From NCBI GenBank assembly GCA_023511915.1, contig JAIMAN010000004.1, forward strand, positions 7,881 through 71,880: 64,000 nucleotides of DNA, in the 5' to 3' direction. The stretch comes from Armatimonadota bacterium. GTDB taxonomy: Bacteria > Armatimonadota > Fimbriimonadia > Fimbriimonadales > GBS-DC. A model generated the notes under the pieces. It saw nothing but the letters and a program-made list of their open reading frames with translations. It was not told the origin of the DNA and made no database searches. Both the position numbers and the translations under genes were made by a program. Below are positions 26,731-34,940 of this stretch, one piece after another. The stretch's first letter is position 1; every line of letters begins with the position of its first letter.

Positions 26731-27593
26731 GAACGCTGCGAGGCATGCGCGCGCGAATCCGCGCGGCGAAGAGCATCCAGCAAATCACGCGGGCGATGAA
26801 GTTGGTCTCGGCGGCGCGCCTGCGTCGGGCGCAAGACCGCGTGCTGGCGGCGCGCCCCTACGCCCAGCGCATGCACGAGGTGCTGCAGGAACTCGGACGC
26901 GCAGGCGAGCTGCCCGACCATCCCCTGCTGCAGAAACGCGAGCCGCGCACCGTCGGCTTCGTGCTGGCGACCTCCGATCGCGGGCTGTGCGGCTCGTACA
27001 ACATGAATCTCATCCGCACGCAGCAGACCGCTATCCGCGACATGGGGCTGACCCCAGAGCAGGTGAAACTCATCTGCGTGGGGCGTCGCGGGTATCAGTT
27101 TTTCAGCAAGCGCGCCTACCCAATTGCGCTCTACCGCTCGATGCCGACCGCAGGCGCGGGGCTGGACGACGCGCGCGCCGTCGCCGACGCCGTGCAGGAG
27201 ATGTTCGTCAGCGGCGAGCTGGATCGCGTGTACCTCATCTACTCGCAGTTCATCAACCCCGTGACGCAGCGTCCGACGGTGCTGCCGCTTCTGCCTATCG
27301 AACCGCCCGCGGGCGAGGACGACGGCGCACACTACGACTTTGTGTTCGAGCCGTCGGCGGAAGAGCTGCTGGCGCGCCTGCTGCCCCGCTACCTGCTGAC
27401 CGAAGTGCTGCAGGCGCTACTGGAAGCCAGCGCGAGCGAACACGGCGCGCGCATGACCGCCATGTCGATGGCGAGCGACAACGCAGGCAAGATGATTCAA
27501 GAGCTGACGCTGACCATGAACCGCCTGCGCCAAGCCGCCATCACCAAAGAGATTGCCGAAGTGGTCGGCGGCGCGGAGGCGCTGAAGGGCTAA
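26727..27593 (+). CDS. atpG: F0F1 ATP synthase subunit gamma
   Basis: ATGA overlap with atp[27 protein letters not shown] ... [21 protein letters not shown]. Confidence 0.9.
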   Translation: MRTLRGMRARIRAAKSIQQITRAMKLVSAARLRRAQDRVLAARPYAQRMHEVLQELGRAGELPDHPLLQKREPRTVGFVLATSDRGLCGSYNMNLIRTQQTAIRDMGLTPEQVKLICVGRRGYQFFSKRAYPIALYRSMPTAGAGLDDARAVADAVQEMFVSGELDRVYLIYSQFINPVTQRPTVLPLLPIEPPAGEDDGAHYDFVFEPSAEELLARLLPRYLLTEVLQALLEASASEHGARMTAMSMASDNAGKMIQELTLTMNRLRQAAITKEIAEVVGGAEALKG

Positions 27594-27621
27594 TCGTCGC
27601 ACAATCAGCAGGAATCGCATT

Positions 27622-27643
27622 GCGCCCGCCGAATCGCGGGCGC
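27622..27643 (+). terminator. Perfect 8-bp GC hairpin directly after atpG (terminator-like, no U-tract)
   Basis: GCGCCCGC-cgaatc-GCGGGCGC. It ends 1 nt before the ATG of the next gene. Confidence 0.4.
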
Positions 27644-28537
27644 ATGCGACGACGAACCACAGTGCAGGAGTGGCAGCCCAAAACGCAAGAGAAGCTGCTG
27701 ATTATCCACGCCGACGATATGGGCATGTCCCACTCGGCGAACCGCGCGACCATCCGCGCCTTCGAAACGGGCGCAATCAGCAGCGCGAGCTTGATGATGC
27801 CCTGCGCATGGGTCGCGGAAGCCGCCGACTGGATTAAGCGCAACCCCACTGCCGATGTCGGACTGCACCTGACGCTTACCAGCGAGTGGGGCACGAACCG
27901 CTGGCGTCCCGTCGCGCCCGTCGACAAGGTGAAGGGGCTGCTGGATCCGCAGGGCTACATGTGGCGCAGCGTGGAGGATGTCGTGCGCCGCGCCAGCCCC
28001 CAAGAGGTGGAGACCGAAATCCGCGCCCAAATCGAACTCGCGCTGCAGATGGGGCTTAAGCCGACCCACCTCGACTCGCACATGGGCACGCTGTACGCCG
28101 ACGCGCGGTTCTTCGAAGTGTTTCTGAAGGTGGCGATGGAGTACCGCATTCCGCCGATGGTGTTCAGCCCAACGCCTGAGATGATGCTGATGGCGGCGAC
28201 GCGCGGACTGAACTACCGCGAGGTGTTCCAGCGCATCGAAGCGGCGGGACTGCCCCGCATCGATTACCTCAACCCGCAGTACGCGCCCGGCGAAAGCAAG
28301 GAGAAGCACCGCCAACGCCTGCACGACTACCTACGCACGCTCAAGCCCGGCGTCAACGAACTGATTGTGCATCTGGGCATGGACGACCCCGAAGGCAACG
28401 CCATCACGGGCGGCTGGCGCTACCGCGTGCAGGAACTCGAAATCCTCCAAGAGCCTGAGTTCAAGCGCGTCTTGCAAGAGCAACAAATCCGCCTCTTCAC
28501 CTACCGCGAGCTGGCGAAGATGTATAATTATGGGTAG
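27644..28537 (+). CDS. YdjC/ChbG-family carbohydrate deacetylase
   Basis: LLIIHADDMGMSHSANRATIRAFETGAISSASLMMPC...DVGLHLTLTSEW...THLDSHMG. The start codon is uncertain. Confidence 0.7.
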   Translation: MRRRTTVQEWQPKTQEKLLIIHADDMGMSHSANRATIRAFETGAISSASLMMPCAWVAEAADWIKRNPTADVGLHLTLTSEWGTNRWRPVAPVDKVKGLLDPQGYMWRSVEDVVRRASPQEVETEIRAQIELALQMGLKPTHLDSHMGTLYADARFFEVFLKVAMEYRIPPMVFSPTPEMMLMAATRGLNYREVFQRIEAAGLPRIDYLNPQYAPGESKEKHRQRLHDYLRTLKPGVNELIVHLGMDDPEGNAITGGWRYRVQELEILQEPEFKRVLQEQQIRLFTYRELAKMYNYG

Positions 28538-28661
28538 CGTTCGTGCGCAGCGTTGCCCAGATGCAACATGCCGTTCCGAGCAACAGAACACAAGAGAGTA
28601 CATTTCGTCTAAAGCAGACATACAGTTCTAACAAGTAGTATTTGCAGGAGGTAAGCGTGAT

Positions 28662-30326
28662 ATGGAAGCGTATCGTGAGGGTCAAGCAGACCTTCGGCGC
28701 TACATGCGTGCGATTGCGCGTGCGCGGGAACGCATGCGTGCGGGCGGTGGGGCGGCGTCAACGCCCTGCTATACAGATGTGTGTCTGGGGCGCGATACAG
28801 AGCTGCACGCGCTCCAGCAGTGGTTCGAGACGCCCAACGCGCCGTTGCTAACGCTGGAGGGTCCGTCGGGGATTGGCAACGCGCCCCGCAATCCCGCCCC
28901 TGAGCAAAGCGCAGCGACAAGTGGTGATGGATCGATTGCGCGTTTACTACAAGAATTGCCTACAGCCCTGTACGCCACGCAGTCTGCACGGCAAGTACGC
29001 GAATGGTGCTTCCAGGAAAGGAACATGCTACAAAGCGTGTTGGACGACTTGGCGGAGCGGGGGCTGCACGCGGAACTGGCAAGCTTTGTGGAGCTGTTGA
29101 CCATCGCCAACGCGCACCGCCCGCCTGCGAATCTGCTGGATTGGTGCTTAAAGTATGCCGTGCACGCAACGCACATGCCCGACGAGTCGCGCGCCGCGCT
29201 GGCACACGCCGTGTTTGTGGCGCTGGTGGACAGCGGCGAGAACGCGAAGGCGAAGCAGTTGGCGCCCATCCTGGAAGGCTCACCGCGCTATGCGCCCGTC
29301 GTGGCGCGATTTTGGCACAACATCGGCGAAGGCGACCGCGCCCGTCGGCACTACGAACAGGCGTTTATCCATGCGGAGTCCGACGGCGTGCGCGAAGAGG
29401 CTGTGCGATACGCGGCAGAACTTGCAGAGAGCGAAGCGGTCGTCGGCAACCTGCACGAAGCAGAGACTATCCTGCGGGACATCGAACGCCGCCATCCCGT
29501 CTGGCGCATGTCGGAAGCGGTGCGCAGCTGGTTTCTCTATGTGGGCGGCTACCTGAACTACCAGCGCGGGCGGTTCCGCCGCAGCCGTGAACTGTACGAG
29601 AAAAGTGCGGCGCTGGGCGTACACGCCAACAACGCCTCCCGCGAACTGAGCCGCGTCTACTTGGAACTGGGCGACTACGCCCGCGCCGAACAGTACGCCC
29701 TCGCAGGGCTCCGACATTTCGAGGGCGACCCTGAACCCGTGCAGCCCACGCTGCACGCGCTAAACGCTTGCTTGGGCGACCTGTACGCCGTGCTGGAGTG
29801 CTACGACGATGCGCTGCAACGGCGCCTGCCCGCGCTGGACTTCTGGCGCAACGAGGAGCAGCCGCGCTGGATTTGCTGGAGCCTCAACCGCGTCGCCGAA
29901 ATCGAGCTGCTGGCGCGCGACGCCAATCACCCGTGGCGCTTGACGCACAGAATCGAGCGCGACGCGCATGCCCTGCTGCACGAAGCGTGGGTAGTGATTG
30001 AGCCGACCTACATGAATCTGCCCCACAAGTCGCGCACGCTGCACAATCTCGGCTGGCTCGCCTGGCACGAAGGACGCTCGGACGAGGCGGAGCAGTACCT
30101 GACCCGCGCGCTGGACATCCGTCGGGACTACGGCAACGAGTACGGCGTCGCCCGCACGCTGGAGCTACTCGCGCGGCTGCGCTTTAGTCAACACCGCTAC
30201 GCCGAGGCGCGCGCCCTGTTCCAGCAAGCCAGCGACATCCGCTTGCGACTGGAGGCGAAACCCTACCCCGCCGTGAAACGCGCCAACCTCTCGGTGCATC
30301 GAAAACTGCAGACTCTCCGAGATTAG
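28662..30326 (+). CDS. TPR-repeat protein with a remnant STAND/AAA-type N-terminus (degenerate P-loop)
   Basis: AGGAGG SD. N-terminus LGRDTELHALQQWFETPNAPLLTLEGPSGIGNA resembles the lead-in to a Walker A, but Lys is replaced by Asn and no NTPase domain follows. The remaining ~400 aa are TPR-like helical repeats. Confidence 0.55.
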   Translation: MEAYREGQADLRRYMRAIARARERMRAGGGAASTPCYTDVCLGRDTELHALQQWFETPNAPLLTLEGPSGIGNAPRNPAPEQSAATSGDGSIARLLQELPTALYATQSARQVREWCFQERNMLQSVLDDLAERGLHAELASFVELLTIANAHRPPANLLDWCLKYAVHATHMPDESRAALAHAVFVALVDSGENAKAKQLAPILEGSPRYAPVVARFWHNIGEGDRARRHYEQAFIHAESDGVREEAVRYAAELAESEAVVGNLHEAETILRDIERRHPVWRMSEAVRSWFLYVGGYLNYQRGRFRRSRELYEKSAALGVHANNASRELSRVYLELGDYARAEQYALAGLRHFEGDPEPVQPTLHALNACLGDLYAVLECYDDALQRRLPALDFWRNEEQPRWICWSLNRVAEIELLARDANHPWRLTHRIERDAHALLHEAWVVIEPTYMNLPHKSRTLHNLGWLAWHEGRSDEAEQYLTRALDIRRDYGNEYGVARTLELLARLRFSQHRYAEARALFQQASDIRLRLEAKPYPAVKRANLSVHRKLQTLRD

Positions 30327-30381
30327 CCGCCCCAAAACGCTTAATTCCCTTTTCACTGCACCGATTCAGGGGGATATTTTG

Positions 30382-30582
30382 TGGACATCCTCCTGACGCG
30401 CCCCATATAATTTAGAGTGTAGCGCGTGCGGAATAGGGACTTGAAAGTTCGTTAGTGCCCCGCGACGGGCAAGTAAGTCTGGCTCTTAACAGTGGAACGG
30501 GAAAGCGACACGCAAAGCCTTATCTGCCTGCCTATATCTGCCCCTCGGGGCGTCCTGACCTCCGCCTCGAGGGGGCTTTTTT
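30382..30582 (+). ncRNA. Candidate structured RNA or riboswitch-like leader (family unassigned): promoter, ~165-nt body, strong intrinsic terminator
   Basis: TGGACA (30382-87)-N18-TATAAT (30406-11). Internal helix pairs 30468-84 with 30516-28. Terminator has a 12-bp stem (30541-52 with 30563-74) followed by T6 (30577-82). No credible ORF. Confidence 0.35.
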
Positions 30583-30610
30583 GGTTTGCCCCTGCAGGTA
30601 CAATTCGCGC

Positions 30611-31741
30611 GTGGCGGCTCAGACCCCTGCGCTTGGCTCCCTTGCGGAACGGCTGCGCCTGCGCCAGGTAGACGCGCCCCTGCTGCTGACGACGCTGCTG
30701 CTGATTGGCGTGGGGCTGGCGATGCTGTATAGCGCGACCTACCAGTGGTCGCCTGCGGTGTTTCGCAAGCAACTGGCGCTGCTGGCGGTGGGCGCGGCGG
30801 GCGCGATTGCGCTGGCGGCGATTCCCCCGCGCGTCTGGCTGCGCTTCTCCAAGCCGCTATACGCGCTGAATGTGCTGATGCTGCTGGGCGTGCTGGCGTT
30901 CGGGGCGGAGCGCAAGGGCGCACAACGCTGGCTGGAGTTGCCCGGCGGGTTCCAGTTGCAGCCGTCGGAATTCGCGAAACTGCTGCTGATTCTGACGCTG
31001 GCGGCGTGGCTGGCTCGAAACGGCGCGGCAATTCGCACGCCGAAGGGGTTTATGCTCTCCGCGCTGCATATGGCGGTTCCCGCGCTGCTGGTGTTCAAGC
31101 AGCCCGACTTGGGCACCTCGCTGGTGTTCGCGGCGGTGTGGTTCGCGATGGTCTATTTGGCGGGGGCGCGGGCGCGTTGGCTCTGGCTCACCGTCGTGGC
31201 GGGCGCGCTCGGCTTCGCGGGGCTATGGCACTTCGACATCCTGCGCGACTACCAAAAAGCGCGACTCGTGTCGTTCCTTGACCCCGAAGCCGACCCGAAG
31301 CAGAGCGGCTACCACATCCTGCAGGCGCGAATCGCCGTCGGCAGCGGGCAACTCACAGGCAAGGGCTACCTGCACGGCACGCAGAAGAACCTGCGCTACA
31401 TCCCCGAACAGCACACCGACTTCATCTTCGTGGTGGTCGCGGAGGAGTTGGGCTTTGTGGGGTCGGTCGGGCTGCTGGGGCTGTTCGGCGCGTTCCTTTA
31501 CGCCGTCTGGCGGATTATGATGACCACGCGCGACGAGTACCACCGCCTGCTGGCGGGGGGCATCCTGACGCTGTTCACCTTCCACCTGCTGACGAATGTC
31601 GGCATGACGATAGGACTGTTCCCTGTGGTGGGCATCCCGCTGCCGTTTATCAGTTATGGGGGCAGCATGCTGATTACTGCGCTGGCGGCGGTCGGGCTGC
31701 TGCTGGCGATTCGGCTGCACGAGTCGCCTGTGCGCCTGTAG
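30611..31741 (+). CDS. SEDS-family peptidoglycan glycosyltransferase (RodA/FtsW/SpoVE)
   Basis: GTG at 30611 sits 6 nt after TACAAT. LLLIGVGLAMLYSATY, FQLQPSEFAKLLLIL, PDLGTSLVF, IPEQHTDFIF and PLPFISYGGSML. Confidence 0.85.
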   Translation: MAAQTPALGSLAERLRLRQVDAPLLLTTLLLIGVGLAMLYSATYQWSPAVFRKQLALLAVGAAGAIALAAIPPRVWLRFSKPLYALNVLMLLGVLAFGAERKGAQRWLELPGGFQLQPSEFAKLLLILTLAAWLARNGAAIRTPKGFMLSALHMAVPALLVFKQPDLGTSLVFAAVWFAMVYLAGARARWLWLTVVAGALGFAGLWHFDILRDYQKARLVSFLDPEADPKQSGYHILQARIAVGSGQLTGKGYLHGTQKNLRYIPEQHTDFIFVVVAEELGFVGSVGLLGLFGAFLYAVWRIMMTTRDEYHRLLAGGILTLFTFHLLTNVGMTIGLFPVVGIPLPFISYGGSMLITALAAVGLLLAIRLHESPVRL

Positions 31742-31757
31742 CGGGTATCCTTTGGCT

Positions 31758-32654
31758 ATGGACTGGCAGGCGCGGCTGCAGGAGTACCTCGCCCCCCGAA
31801 CGGCGCAAGTGAACGCGGCGCTGGAACGCTACTTGTCGGAGTCGCCCCCGCTCCCGCGCGTTCTGCCCGACGCAATGCGCTACGCGGCGCTGACGCCAGG
31901 CAAGCGGTTGCGCCCGATTCTGTGCATCGCGGCGGCGGAGACGCTCGGCGGCACGGCGGAACAGGTGATGCCCACCGCCTGCGCCCTCGAACTCATCCAC
32001 GCTTTCAGCCTCGTGCATGACGACCTGCCCGCGATGGACAACGACCGCCTGCGGCGCGGGCAGCCCACCGTGTGGGTCAAGTACGGCGAGGCGATGGCGA
32101 TTCTGGCAGGCGATGCGCTGTTTGCCAAAGCGTTCGAACTGCTGGCGGAGCAGGCGCGCCTCAGCCCGCCTGAGCGCGTCGTGCAGGTGATTGAGCTGGT
32201 TGCGCAGGCGTCGGGCGTGCAGGGCATGTGCGGCGGGCAGGTGGAAGACATCCTGTGCGAGGGGCAAACCGTGTCGGCGGAGCAACTGCGCTTTATCCAC
32301 ACCCACAAGACGGGCGCGCTGATCCGCGCCAGCGTGCTGGCGGGCGCGTTGCTGATGGGCGCAGACAAGCCGACCCGCGACGCGCTGGACGCCTACAGCC
32401 GCGCGCTGGGGCTGGCGTTCCAAATCGCCGACGACCTGTTGGACGAAACCGAGTCTACCGAGCAGATGGGCAAGCCTGCAGGCTCCGACCGCGCCCACGG
32501 CAAAGCGACCTACCCCGCGCTTTTTGGCATAGAGGCGGCGCGCGCCCACGCCCAGCACGCCATGCAGGAGGCAATCGACGCGCTGCAGCCGTTCGATACC
32601 CGCGCCGACCCGCTGCGCTGGCTGGCAACCTTCGCCGTTGAACGCAGGTGGTAG
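31758..32654 (+). CDS. Polyprenyl diphosphate synthase (FPP/GGPP synthase family)
   Basis: First Asp-rich motif LVHDDLPAMDNDRLRRG and second motif FQIADDLLD. Confidence 0.85.
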   Translation: MDWQARLQEYLAPRTAQVNAALERYLSESPPLPRVLPDAMRYAALTPGKRLRPILCIAAAETLGGTAEQVMPTACALELIHAFSLVHDDLPAMDNDRLRRGQPTVWVKYGEAMAILAGDALFAKAFELLAEQARLSPPERVVQVIELVAQASGVQGMCGGQVEDILCEGQTVSAEQLRFIHTHKTGALIRASVLAGALLMGADKPTRDALDAYSRALGLAFQIADDLLDETESTEQMGKPAGSDRAHGKATYPALFGIEAARAHAQHAMQEAIDALQPFDTRADPLRWLATFAVERRW

Positions 32655-32674
32655 GGACGCGCGGTGGTGCGCCC

Positions 32675-33805
32675 CTACAACGCCAACGTGTATCGCGCCA
32701 CCGCCTCTTCGTCGATGTCCACGCCCAAGCCAGGTTTGTTGGGCACGGGCAGGTAGCCCTCGTGGTCGGGCACAATCGGCTCGGTCAGGAAGTAGTCGCG
32801 CGCGCGCAAGTCCCACCCCGGCGGCTCATAGGGGAACTCCGCCCACGCGCAGTTGGGGCACGCGCCCATCAACTGCAGGTTCGCCGCCAGCCCCAGCCCG
32901 CTCGTCCAAGTGTGCGGGGCAATCTGCTTGCCGAACGCTTCGGCGAGCGCGGCAATCTTCTTGCCCAACAGGATGCCCCCCGACAGCGCGACATCGGGCT
33001 GCAGCACATCCAGCGCGTCGCGCACCAGATACTCGCGGAACTCGTGCAGGTCTTGGTTCATCTCGCCGCTGGCGAGGGGCACGGGCGATTTCTCGCGCAG
33101 GCGTCGGTAGCCCTCGTAGTCGTGCTTGTCCAGCGGCTCCTCCAGCCAGCGCACGCCCAACTCGCCCAACTCTTCGGCGACGCGCAGGGCGGTTGCCAAG
33201 TCCCACTTCGGCGCAGGCGCCATCCCCGCCACGCGCCAGCCCATGTTCGCGTCCACCATAATCTCCATGTCGGGGTACTGCTCGCGAATCGCCCGCACGA
33301 CCGCCATATCCTCGCGCCAGTCCCAGTTGTGGAAGCGGATTTTGACGGCGCGGAAGCCCATCTCGCGGATGTGGGCGATGTATTCCAGCCGTGCGCTCGG
33401 CTCGCGCAACTCGCCCGTGCTGGCGTATGCCTTGACGCGCTCTTGGTAGCCGCCCAGCAGGCGGTACACGGGCTGCCCCAGCGCCTTGCCGATGATGTCC
33501 CAGAACGCCATCTCGATCCACCACAACCGCAAGCCGAGAAAGGTCGCCGAACGCGCGATTTGCACGACCTCTTCCACATTCATCGGGTCGCGCCCGAACA
33601 GAAACGGCAGCAGCAGGTCTTTCAGCCCCGCGCCCTCGCGCAGAAACGCCACGCCCGCCGCGTAGCCCTTGATGCCCTCGTCGGTCTCCAGCGTCAGCAG
33701 CAGCACGCGGTGCGCCGTCTGCGGATAGCCCGGCAGCCACGACGGGTAAAACGGCGTCTCCAGCGGGTACTCCAGCAGTCGCAGGTCAATATTAATGATG
33801 CGCAT
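32675..33805 (-). CDS. Enolase-superfamily enzyme (mandelate racemase/muconate lactonizing family)
   Basis: AGGAGGA SD. Size and overall layout fit an N-terminal capping domain plus a barrel, with segments RAVKIRF, IMVDANMGW, WLEEPL and IAPH. Substrate is unknown. Confidence 0.65.
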   Translation of the reverse strand: MRIINIDLRLLEYPLETPFYPSWLPGYPQTAHRVLLLTLETDEGIKGYAAGVAFLREGAGLKDLLLPFLFGRDPMNVEEVVQIARSATFLGLRLWWIEMAFWDIIGKALGQPVYRLLGGYQERVKAYASTGELREPSARLEYIAHIREMGFRAVKIRFHNWDWREDMAVVRAIREQYPDMEIMVDANMGWRVAGMAPAPKWDLATALRVAEELGELGVRWLEEPLDKHDYEGYRRLREKSPVPLASGEMNQDLHEFREYLVRDALDVLQPDVALSGGILLGKKIAALAEAFGKQIAPHTWTSGLGLAANLQLMGACPNCAWAEFPYEPPGWDLRARDYFLTEPIVPDHEGYLPVPNKPGLGVDIDEEAVARYTLAL

Positions 33806-33817
33806 CGTTGCGTCCTC

Positions 33818-34906
33818 CTATTCTGCCGTGCTGTATGCTCGCACGATAGACCCTGCGCCCAGCACGGCGTTGCGCAGGCGCACATGCGGCTCGATGACCA
33901 CCTCGTCATCCAGGATGCAGTCGACCAGATGGCAGCCGTCGCCGATTTGCACGCGCTCGCCCAAGATGCACCCGTGCAGGCGACTGCCGCCGCCGATTGC
34001 GCACCCTGCGCCGACGACTGTGTAGCCGCTCAGTTGCACCCGCGCTTCGATGCAGGCGTAGTCGCCGATATGGCAGCCTGCTTCGATTTCGGCGTCGGGT
34101 TCAATTTCGGTCTCCGCGCCGAGCCAGTAGCCATGTTCGGTACGGCGTCCTGCGGGGGGCAGGGCAGTTTTGACCTCGCCGCTGAGCAGGGCGCGGGTGG
34201 CGCGCAGGTACTGCGCGGGGCGACCGATGTCCAGCCAGAAGCCGCGCCCCTCTATGCCATACACCCGCTCGCCTTCTGCCAGAATCTGCGGGTAGAACTC
34301 GCGCTCAATCGAGCAGGGGCGCAACGGGATGCGGGCAATCACCTCTGGTTCCAGGATGTAGATGCCCGCGTTGATGAAGTCGCTGCCTTCCATCGGTTCG
34401 CCCCGATCGGCGGCGCGTTTCTGCTCTTCGGTGGGTTCAATAAACGCCTGCACGCGCCCGTCGTCGGCGACTTGGATGACGCCATACGGGTGCGGGCGGT
34501 TCACGCGGTACAGCGTCAGGGTGACCGCCGCGCGGTTTTCGAGGTGCTGGCGCACAATCGCGCCGATGTCGAAGTCGGTCAAGATGTCGCCGTTGAACAC
34601 AATCGCGCGGTCGGGGGGCAATCCCTCAACGGCGTTGCGGATGGCGCCTGCCGTGCCCAGCGGCTCGGTCTCCACCGCATAGCGCATGCGCACCCCGAAG
34701 CGGCTCCCGTCGCCGAAGTGCGCCTCGATGCGCTCTGCCAAGTAGTTGGTCGCGAACACAATCTCGTCCGCGCCCGCCGCTTTGAGTTGGGCGACCTGAT
34801 ACTCCAGAAACGGGCGGTTCGCTACAGGCATCAGCGGCTTCGGACGCCGCAAGGTCAGCGGTCTCAGGCGCGTGCCAAACCCTCCTGCGATAATGACGCC
34901 TCGCAA
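33818..34906 (-). CDS. NDP-sugar pyrophosphorylase (mannose-1-P guanylyl-/glucose-1-P nucleotidyltransferase type) with C-terminal left-handed beta-helix
   Basis: GVIIAGGFGTRLRPLTLRRPKPLMPVANRPFLEY...EPLGTAGAIRN. Hexapeptide-repeat-like C-terminus. Confidence 0.8.
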   Translation of the reverse strand: MRGVIIAGGFGTRLRPLTLRRPKPLMPVANRPFLEYQVAQLKAAGADEIVFATNYLAERIEAHFGDGSRFGVRMRYAVETEPLGTAGAIRNAVEGLPPDRAIVFNGDILTDFDIGAIVRQHLENRAAVTLTLYRVNRPHPYGVIQVADDGRVQAFIEPTEEQKRAADRGEPMEGSDFINAGIYILEPEVIARIPLRPCSIEREFYPQILAEGERVYGIEGRGFWLDIGRPAQYLRATRALLSGEVKTALPPAGRRTEHGYWLGAETEIEPDAEIEAGCHIGDYACIEARVQLSGYTVVGAGCAIGGGSRLHGCILGERVQIGDGCHLVDCILDDEVVIEPHVRLRNAVLGAGSIVRAYSTAE

Positions 34907-34940
34907 AGTGCCTACCTCCTCTCGGTGTAGAGTGTACCCG

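Noticed and set aside
30455-30610. 5' extension of the SEDS ORF to GTG 30455, as in the ORF track.
   Set aside because: The extension spans a 12-bp terminator stem plus T6. It encodes a Cys/Arg/Pro-rich sequence unlike SEDS N-termini. GTG 30611 gives a typical protein of about 376 aa.
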